A DNA stretch of 11,448 bases from Elusimicrobiota bacterium. GTDB taxonomy: Bacteria; CG03; SLGR01; JAGXOG01. Of the stretch, positions 1 through 6,375 are shown one piece after another (the stretch's first letter is position 1; each line of letters begins with the position of its first letter). The stretch covers positions 1-11,448 of the forward strand of contig JBNJDT010000046.1 of the NCBI GenBank assembly GCA_051745145.1, read 5' to 3'. Under the pieces are notes generated by a model. That model searched no databases. It was not told the origin of the DNA and worked only from the letters and a program-made list of their open reading frames with translations. The position numbers and the translations under genes were made by a program.

Positions 1-1
1 C

Positions 2-220
2 GATGTTATTCTCCCCGACGGCAATGGAATAGATGTAGCTAAAAAGTTAAAAGAGTTAGAAAATAATTTACGGATTGTTGCAACAAGCGGTTATATTGCT
101 GATGAAATAGACCGGGAGGATATAGCTGAGGAAGATTTTAAATTTATAGAAAAACCTTTCAGTTTAGAGAAAATAAGAGAAATTTTAACTGAACTGTCCG
201 GAGAAATTAAAAACATATAG
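2..220 (+). CDS. C-terminal part of a response-regulator receiver (REC) domain, probably the end of a hybrid histidine kinase or a CheY-like protein; 5' truncated by the window
   Basis: Not in the ORF track. Frame 2 translates as DVILPDGNGIDVAKKLKELENNLRIVATSGYIADEIDREDIAEEDFKFIEKPFSLEKIREILTELSGEIKNI* (TAG 218-220). It shows the phosphoacceptor D-x-x-L-P-x-x-x-G, the TSGY strand and the conserved KPF. Confidence 0.9.
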   Translation, partial: DVILPDGNGIDVAKKLKELENNLRIVATSGYIADEIDREDIAEEDFKFIEKPFSLEKIREILTELSGEIKNI

Positions 221-376
221 AACTTCAATTTAATAAAATTTATAAAGCATTTTTAAAATCACTTTTTTTCACGAATTACCTCTTTAATTAATTTCCCGTC
301 CTGATAAACTTTGGCTACTTTCGAGATATGGTCCGGGGTTAATAACGGTTTTATAAAAATTATTAGTTGATTATTT

Positions 377-405
377 TTGACTGAATAATTCCAGAATGAT
401 ATATT
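377..405 (+). promoter_or_regulatory. Putative sigma70-type promoter with extended -10
   Basis: TTGACT (377-382), 17-nt spacer, TGn-TATATT (TG 397-398, -10 at 400-405). A perfect TATAAT also lies at 406-411. It points toward the CDF gene. Confidence 0.6.
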
Positions 406-479
406 TATAATGTATCCAAAGTTTTTAAAGGAGGGGTTATTGGTAAGGGTTTTCAAAAGTATATAGTATAAAAGCAAGA

Positions 480-510
480 CCGGACATTTTAATATGATGT
501 CCGGCTTTTT
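480..510 (+). terminator. Hairpin plus U-tract (intrinsic terminator-like, or an operator palindrome) just upstream of the CDF gene RBS
   Basis: Perfect 8-bp stem CCGGACAT (480-487) / ATGTCCGG (497-504) with a 9-nt loop, followed by CTTTTT and preceded by AAAAG. Confidence 0.55.
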
Positions 511-541
511 AAATTTGAAATAAATAGGAGATAGCATAGCA

Positions 542-1153
542 ATGGAAATTAAGGATAAACTATATAAAAAAGGGCTACGTCTTGAATATTTTACAGTGGG
601 ATACAATACATTAGAAGCCGTGCTGTCAATTTTATTTGGCAGTATGGCCGGGAGTATTGCTTTGGTTGGATTTGGAATGGACAGTATTATAGAATCACTT
701 TCCGGGCTTGTTCTTATATGGAGATTACGTAAGTATAAAGATCTTTCAGAAGAAGAAGAGCAGGAAGTTGAGCAGAAGGCAATGAAATTTGTGGCCGTTA
801 CTTTTTTTATACTCGGTTCATATGTTTTGTATCAGGCGGCAAAAAAAATAATTTTTGCAAAACCTGCCCATCCTTCCCTGCCGGGAATAATAATAGCCGG
901 CCTGTCCATAATTATTATGCCAGTATTGGCGTTTCAAAAATTGAAGGTAGGAAAAGGGATAGGCAGTAATGCCCTAATTGCCGATTCAAAGGAGACTTTA
1001 GCTTGCATGTTTTTATCGGTGGCTTTACTTCTGGGGTTGGGAGCAAATTATTTATTTGGATTCTGGCAGGCTGATCCTGTAGCGGGTTTGATAATTACCT
1101 ATTTTTTATTTCGAGAGGGTGTCGAAAGCTGGAAAGAGGCGAAAGAGGGTTAG
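542..1153 (+). CDS. Cation diffusion facilitator (CDF) family transporter, short form with the transmembrane domain only
   Basis: RBS AGGAG at 526-530. About 6 hydrophobic segments. GSIALVGFGMDSIIE (TM2), GSNALIADSKET (TM5) and WQADPVAGLII (TM6) are typical of short cation-efflux proteins. Confidence 0.85.
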   Translation: MEIKDKLYKKGLRLEYFTVGYNTLEAVLSILFGSMAGSIALVGFGMDSIIESLSGLVLIWRLRKYKDLSEEEEQEVEQKAMKFVAVTFFILGSYVLYQAAKKIIFAKPAHPSLPGIIIAGLSIIIMPVLAFQKLKVGKGIGSNALIADSKETLACMFLSVALLLGLGANYLFGFWQADPVAGLIITYFLFREGVESWKEAKEG

Positions 1154-1222
1154 CCGGTATGGAGCAATTAGTAATTAATATAAGAAATTGTTAATTATAG
1201 AAAAGTAAGAAGGAGTTAATTT

Positions 1223-1789
1223 ATGTTTATAATTTATGCACATCCTAACAGGGAAGGTCATTGCGGTTATTTTTTAAAAAATATTATTAAAAAATTAGAT
1301 AATAAAGATATTTCCTATGAGTTGTTAGATCTCTACCGGGAAGGTTTTGATCCTGTTTTAAAGCCGGAGGAACACTACACTTCCGGGCACAAGGAAGTTA
1401 GTCAAAGGGTAAAAGAAATACAGGATAAAATAAAAGATAATGACCGGCTTATTTTCATATATCCCACTTGGTGGCAGAATATGCCGGCAATACTAAAAGG
1501 TTTTTTAGACCGGGTATTTATCCCCGGCTTTGGTTTTTACTATAAGGGTATTTTTCCCAAAGGTCTTTTAAAAGGCAAGAAAGCGGCTATATTTACAAGT
1601 ACCGGAGCCCCCAGAATTTTCACCAAACTTTTTGCTGCGGACAGGAGTATTAAAGTATTGAAAAAAGATCTTCTTAAATTGTGCGGGATCAAGGCAAAAG
1701 CTTATGTTGTTCCCAGTGCCCGGGAGTTGAATGAAAAAAACAAGAAGAAAATAGAAAAACTTATTGACAAAGGTTTAAAGTATCTGTAA
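1223..1789 (+). CDS. NAD(P)H-dependent quinone oxidoreductase, flavodoxin-like fold (MdaB/KefF/NQO family)
   Basis: RBS AGGAG at 1211-1215. Motifs IIYAHP, LLDLY..GFDPVL, FIYPTWWQNMPAILKGFLDRVF and LLKGKKAAIFTSTG. Confidence 0.92.
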   Translation: MFIIYAHPNREGHCGYFLKNIIKKLDNKDISYELLDLYREGFDPVLKPEEHYTSGHKEVSQRVKEIQDKIKDNDRLIFIYPTWWQNMPAILKGFLDRVFIPGFGFYYKGIFPKGLLKGKKAAIFTSTGAPRIFTKLFAADRSIKVLKKDLLKLCGIKAKAYVVPSARELNEKNKKKIEKLIDKGLKYL

Positions 1790-1793
1790 AAAT
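1764..1793 (+). promoter_or_regulatory. Possible internal promoter for the polysaccharide operon
   Basis: Perfect TTGACA (1764-1769), 17-nt spacer, imperfect -10 TAAAAA (1787-1792). There is no SD before ATG 1806. Confidence 0.3.
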
Positions 1794-1805
1794 TAAACTA
1801 CTATT

Positions 1806-3389
1806 ATGAAAAATAAAATTATAGTTAATGTCATTTTAACGGTAAGTCTTATTGTAACTCAGGTTGTACGTGCGGACTATAACCGGGCACAGGAATTTTT
1901 TATAAATAAAGAGTTCGGAAAAGCGGTGGCTGAAATAGAAAATTTATTAATATCAGAGCCGGATAATTTAAATTATTTAGGGCTTAAAGCCGATATAAAT
2001 ATATCCCAAAATAATTTTAAGAAAGCTGAGGAAACTTACCGAAAAAGCCTTAAAATTAAAAAAGACTATGAGACTACGTTAAAACTTGCCCGTCTGCTAA
2101 GCTGGATGGGTAAATACAGACAGTCAGTAAATTATTACCAAAAAGCAATAGATTTTAAAGAGAAAGATATTGAGCCTTATATAGAAAAAGCCCGGGTTTA
2201 CGGCTGGTGGGGTAAGAAAAAAATGGCTCTGGACGCTTACAGCCAGGCCTATAATATTTTTAACAAAGAATGGATAAAATATGAAAAACTTGCCAAGAAA
2301 AATCTCTGGTCCGGGAAACCAAAATCGGCCCTTATTTATTTTAATAGGTCCCTTAGGGATAATGAAAATAATCCGGAAATCCTATTTGACGCTGCCCAGC
2401 TTTACTCTGCGGTAGGCGAGTATAAAAAAGCAGATGAATATTATGAAAAATTATTAAAATTAAATTCGTATAATACCTCGGTAAAAAAAGCCAAAGATAA
2501 AAATTCTTTAAAGAGCTCCGGCCTTTCGGTTAAAGGTTCTGTAAATTACTGGAATGCTGAAAGTTCTGAAAGGAATACGGATGTCAAAATGTATTCCTAC
2601 AAAATAGGGATAAAGAAGAAGTTAGATAAATTTTATCTGGGCGGGCACGTTATTAAAGACCTGTACGGTTTTGACCGAGAAGACGATATTAACCAGACCG
2701 GCGGGGGGCTGTCTTTTGGTTACGATGTTCCTCTCTTATTAGGTTTTGGTATGGGAACAACCCTAAAAAAAATAACATCACCTGAAATTAAGAGAGATTC
2801 TTACTACGGTTATTTCTGGGTTAAACCGGTGGACAGAGTGGATATGAATATAACGGTAGTAAAAAATAATAATATAAATAACAGAGATAATATTTTAGAT
2901 AAACTGGATGAAAAAGATGCAAAGATAAAGATAGGATGGACGTTAGATCCTAGGCTGGAACTTAGTACAGATTTTAAATACGGGGACTTAAATGACGGCA
3001 ATATACGCAAAGTTACAGGCGCCGGTTTTACCTGCCATTTTTTAGAATTTCCGCATAAACTATATTTTTCAAGCCGTTTTGAGAACAAGCGTTACAACAA
3101 CCAAAGAAACGCCTATTTTTCTCCGGATAATTACACTACATACAGCGCAATTGCGGGGTTTAAAAAGAACATGGGTAAAGAGGGTAATTTTTTCGGAGCG
3201 AAAAAGATATATTATGACATTAAGTATGAGATAACTTATGATTCCAACCGTGAACTTTCCCACCGACCGGGTTTATCTTTTTATTATGATATAACGAGAA
3301 ATACAAATTTTGAAGCCTCTTATTCTATAACCGAATCGTATTATTATGAAGATACTTCGGCTTCATTAATATTTAATACACTTTTCTGA
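1806..3389 (+). CDS. TPR-containing outer-membrane beta-barrel protein, putative polysaccharide export porin (BcsC/PgaA-like architecture)
   Basis: Signal peptide ending VRA|D. TPR helices over about aa 25-235 (LKLARLLSWMGKYRQSVNYYQKAI, IEKARVYGWWGK, LFDAAQLYSAVGEYKKADEYYEKLL). The C-terminal half has alternating, aromatic-rich beta strands, a YFSP motif as in BcsC-type barrels, and a terminal Phe. Its stop overlaps the GT2 start (TGATG). Confidence 0.75.
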   Translation: MKNKIIVNVILTVSLIVTQVVRADYNRAQEFFINKEFGKAVAEIENLLISEPDNLNYLGLKADINISQNNFKKAEETYRKSLKIKKDYETTLKLARLLSWMGKYRQSVNYYQKAIDFKEKDIEPYIEKARVYGWWGKKKMALDAYSQAYNIFNKEWIKYEKLAKKNLWSGKPKSALIYFNRSLRDNENNPEILFDAAQLYSAVGEYKKADEYYEKLLKLNSYNTSVKKAKDKNSLKSSGLSVKGSVNYWNAESSERNTDVKMYSYKIGIKKKLDKFYLGGHVIKDLYGFDREDDINQTGGGLSFGYDVPLLLGFGMGTTLKKITSPEIKRDSYYGYFWVKPVDRVDMNITVVKNNNINNRDNILDKLDEKDAKIKIGWTLDPRLELSTDFKYGDLNDGNIRKVTGAGFTCHFLEFPHKLYFSSRFENKRYNNQRNAYFSPDNYTTYSAIAGFKKNMGKEGNFFGAKKIYYDIKYEITYDSNRELSHRPGLSFYYDITRNTNFEASYSITESYYYEDTSASLIFNTLF

Positions 3390-4927
3390 TGAATAGGTTT
3401 TTGGGTTATATAATAAAAAAGATAAAAACCCTGGCTGTTATAGGGGCAATCATACTAATATTATATTATCTAAGCCGGACATTTTTCTTTTTTATATCCG
3501 ATTATTCCTGGATGGATAGAATCTTCGGGGGTATGCTTCTTATAGGGGAGACCTATATCCTGGTACATGCATTCGGTTTTTTACTCAGTGTATTCAGAGT
3601 ACATGAGGATTACAGAATTGAAGAATTTGGAGAATACTGCTTTATAGATACGCCCCCGGTTGCGGTTATCGTTGCCGCCCGCCATGAACCAAAAGAGATT
3701 CTTGCAGATACATTTACCACAATTTATAATCTTGATTATCCAAAAAAGAATATATATCTGCTAGATGATTCCAGCGAAGAGAAATATATAAAAGAGGCCG
3801 ATGAGCTGGCAGAAGAGTTTAATATAGAGATATTCAGACGAAAAGACCGGCACGGCGCAAAAGCGGGTATTGTTAACGATTTTATACGGAATATGGATGA
3901 GAAGTATGTAGCAATATTTGATGCAGATCAAAATCCCATGCCCGATTTTTTATATAAAACAGTTTACTTTATGGAACAGAATCTAAATCTTGCTTTTGTG
4001 CAGACCCCCCAATTTTATACCAACATAGAGGTAAGCCCCATAGCCAAGGGCGCTACAATTCAACAGGCAATTTTTTATGAAGCTATATGCGAAAGCAAAA
4101 GTTTTTCCAATGCCATGTTCTGCTGTGGAACAAATGTAGTATTCAGAAAAACGGCTTTAGACGAGGTGGGAGGTTTTGACGAGGAGAATATAACGGAGGA
4201 TTTTGCGACTTCGGTGAAACTTCATTCGGCGGGATATGAATCTTTTTACTACAATAAGGTTTCGGCCTTTGGGATGGCCCCTGAGAGCCTGCCTGCATAT
4301 TTTAAGCAGCAGACCCGATGGGCGGCCGGGACTATAAGCGTTTTCCGGCGGCTTATAGGTCAGTTTTTCACTAATATAACAAGTTTGACCTCTATACAGT
4401 GGTGGGAATATTTTCTTGCCGCCACCTATTATTTTATAGGCTGGGCATTTTTCCTTCTTATGATATCCCCGATAGCATATCTTGGATTTGACGTGCCTTC
4501 TTTCTTTCTCCATCCTGCATTTTATATAGGAATATTTGTACCTTACTATGTTTTAAGTATGTTAATTTTTTACTCCTCCATGTTAAGGAGAAATTATAAT
4601 TTTAGTATGGTATATAAAGGAACTATACTGGGGATGCTCAGTTTTCCCATTCTTATGAAAGCTGCGGTCTACGGACTTTTTAATAAGAAGATGACTTTTA
4701 ACGTTACAGCAAAGGGGAAAATAGAGAAGATGTCCTTTCTCTCTTTATGGCCTTACCATATAATGATACTTCTAAATATATTAGCTGTATCATCAGGTTT
4801 TTTCCGGATATATAACGGCGAAGATATATATGCATTGGGAGTAAATATATTCTGGGCAGTATATCATATTTTTATTCTTTCGCATATATACTATTTTAAC
4901 CGGGTAACGGAAAATACAGATGAATAA
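3389..4927 (+). CDS. Processive GT2 glycosyltransferase, cellulose-synthase (BcsA/CesA)-like, with no PilZ domain
   Basis: 2 N-terminal TMs. Motifs LLDDS, HGAKAG, FDADQ, VQTPQ, FCCGT, TED, QQTRW and the gating loop FNVTAK. Several C-terminal TMs, and the protein ends right after the last one. Confidence 0.93.
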   Translation: MNRFLGYIIKKIKTLAVIGAIILILYYLSRTFFFFISDYSWMDRIFGGMLLIGETYILVHAFGFLLSVFRVHEDYRIEEFGEYCFIDTPPVAVIVAARHEPKEILADTFTTIYNLDYPKKNIYLLDDSSEEKYIKEADELAEEFNIEIFRRKDRHGAKAGIVNDFIRNMDEKYVAIFDADQNPMPDFLYKTVYFMEQNLNLAFVQTPQFYTNIEVSPIAKGATIQQAIFYEAICESKSFSNAMFCCGTNVVFRKTALDEVGGFDEENITEDFATSVKLHSAGYESFYYNKVSAFGMAPESLPAYFKQQTRWAAGTISVFRRLIGQFFTNITSLTSIQWWEYFLAATYYFIGWAFFLLMISPIAYLGFDVPSFFLHPAFYIGIFVPYYVLSMLIFYSSMLRRNYNFSMVYKGTILGMLSFPILMKAAVYGLFNKKMTFNVTAKGKIEKMSFLSLWPYHIMILLNILAVSSGFFRIYNGEDIYALGVNIFWAVYHIFILSHIYYFNRVTENTDE

Positions 4928-5906
4928 GTTGAAAATAATTTTAATATTTTTGATAATAGGATCAGCTTTTTTTTTATTAAAGAAAGAATTTAGATTCAGA
5001 AAAGAGACTGACATGGAACAAAATAATCTTTTTTGTCTTACCGGCCGGTCGGTAAAAAATTTGGACAGTATAAATGCCCATAATTTCGGCATAATAAATA
5101 TCTATGCCGCATTCAGAGACGGCTTTCCTGGGGCCCAAATAGCTAAAATTAGCAAAAATACAATTGTAATGCTTACCTGGGAACCTTATTTAAAAAATTT
5201 TAATGAAAAATCTATTTTAAAGTCTATTTCAGAAGGAAAATACGACAATATAATTAATAAGATGGCGGCAGATGTAAAAGATTACAAAAAACCTTTGTTT
5301 TTAAGGTTCGGACATGAGATGAACGGCAACTGGTATCCCTGGAGCGGAATAAATAACAATAAAGAACCAAATAATTACATAGAGGCCTTTAAAAGAATAA
5401 GAGATATTTTTAAATCTCAAAAATGTAAAAATGCATATTTTGTATTCAGCGTAAATAATGAAGATGTTCCCCAAAAAACCTGGAACAGGTTTGAAAATTA
5501 TTATCCCGGCCACAACAATGTTGATATCCTGGGTATAGATGCATACAACTGGGGTGATACAAAAAGTTGGGGCAAAGAGTTCTGGAAGAGAACACGTTGG
5601 AAATCTCCAAAAGAGATTCTTGAGAGCGCCTATGAGAGGCTCATTGCGCTGTCTCCCAAAAAGCCTATATTGATAACTGAGATTGCAACTACATCTTCAG
5701 GTGGAAATAAAAAGAGATGGATCAAAAAATTTCACAAGATACTGCCAAAGAGGTATAAAGCGGTAAAAGGATATGTATGGTTCGACATAGACAAGGAGAC
5801 CGATTGGGGAGTTTCGGGGAAAGAAGAATTTAAAAAAATATTTGAAAATTTAGCCAAGGATGAATATTTTATCAGCAACAGTAAAGAACAGGAGCTATTT
5901 AAATGA
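4920..5906 (+). CDS. Glycoside hydrolase family 26 with N-terminal membrane anchor; resembles lichenase (beta-1,3-1,4-glucanase)-type GH26
   Basis: MLTWEP, LRFGHEMNGNWYPW (acid/base Glu), YYPG..VDILGIDAYNWG, KPILITEIA (nucleophile Glu) and VWFDIDKETDW. Hydrophobic aa 6-20. Overlaps the GT2 gene by 8 bp. Confidence 0.9.
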   Translation: MNKLKIILIFLIIGSAFFLLKKEFRFRKETDMEQNNLFCLTGRSVKNLDSINAHNFGIINIYAAFRDGFPGAQIAKISKNTIVMLTWEPYLKNFNEKSILKSISEGKYDNIINKMAADVKDYKKPLFLRFGHEMNGNWYPWSGINNNKEPNNYIEAFKRIRDIFKSQKCKNAYFVFSVNNEDVPQKTWNRFENYYPGHNNVDILGIDAYNWGDTKSWGKEFWKRTRWKSPKEILESAYERLIALSPKKPILITEIATTSSGGNKKRWIKKFHKILPKRYKAVKGYVWFDIDKETDWGVSGKEEFKKIFENLAKDEYFISNSKEQELFK

Positions 5907-6127
5907 AAAAAGATATTTTAAAAAAGATAGATGAAGCTATAATAACAGAGGAAAAAGCGGTCCCAATATATGCTAAACATTTGGAAAGCACTCTTTTCTG
6001 GAGCGATATGCCGGAGGAATACAGGGAGAGGATAAAAAAACTTTTTGAAAAGCTAAAGGAAGAATCGCTGGGTCATAAGGGGAAACTTGAGTATATTAAG
6101 AAAAAAATTCAGGAGGGGGGTAAATAA
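5903..6127 (+). CDS. Small ferritin/rubrerythrin-like helical-hairpin protein (74 aa)
   Basis: RBS AGGAG upstream and ATGA overlap with GH26. AIITEEKAVPIY...LFEKLKEESLGH matches one half of a rubrerythrin-type bundle (A-x3-E-x2-A-x3-Y ... ExxH, here SxxH). Confidence 0.7.
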   Translation: MKKDILKKIDEAIITEEKAVPIYAKHLESTLFWSDMPEEYRERIKKLFEKLKEESLGHKGKLEYIKKKIQEGGK

Positions 6128-6324
6128 TGTTTAAAAAAGAGGAGTATATAAACTATTTTGAAAGTATTATAAAGATTGAAAATAAGATGCTTAAAAATGC
6201 AGAGGAATTGAAAAAAATAATTTCTGATCCGGAATGTTTAAAGATGCTTGATGATATTATAGCCGACGAAAATAACCATGCTCATATGGAGGAAGAGATA
6301 GTTGAACTTATTAAAAAAATGTAG
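6127..6324 (+). CDS. Small ferritin/rubrerythrin-like helical-hairpin protein (65 aa)
   Basis: RBS AGGAGG at about 6111-6116 and TAATG overlap. IIKIENKM...DPECLKMLDDIIADENNH has the helix-1 Glu and an intact ExxH. Confidence 0.75.
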   Translation: MFKKEEYINYFESIIKIENKMLKNAEELKKIISDPECLKMLDDIIADENNHAHMEEEIVELIKKM

Positions 6325-6375
6325 TTTTTTTTCCTTTTTTGATTTTGACTGATAGAAGTGTAGCTGTAAATTAAT

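Noticed and set aside
259..606. 115-aa minus-strand ORF as a complete gene
   Set aside because: Its ATG lies inside the CDF gene on the opposite strand, it crosses the promoter/hairpin region, and it has no RBS or family motif. Only the 3' tail is kept as a possible remnant.
3389..4927. Naming the locus bcsA/bcsC/bcsZ or pgaABC
   Set aside because: There is no PilZ, BcsB, GH8 or deacetylase, and the product is unknown, so gene symbols would overstate orthology.
2810..5513. Antisense ORFs 2810..3088, 3069..3263, 4157..4513, 4793..5092 and 5301..5513
   Set aside because: They overlap well-supported + strand genes and have no recognisable motifs, so they are shadow ORFs.
5903..6324. Toxin-antitoxin pair or encapsulin cargo
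   Set aside because: The size and overlap are TA-like, but both proteins carry ferritin-like motifs and no toxin or DNA-binding signatures. No encapsulin gene or targeting peptide is visible.
6313..6340. Intrinsic terminator after the ferritin-like pair
   Set aside because: Long T-runs are present, but the only stem is A7/T7 with no GC pairs, which is too weak to call.
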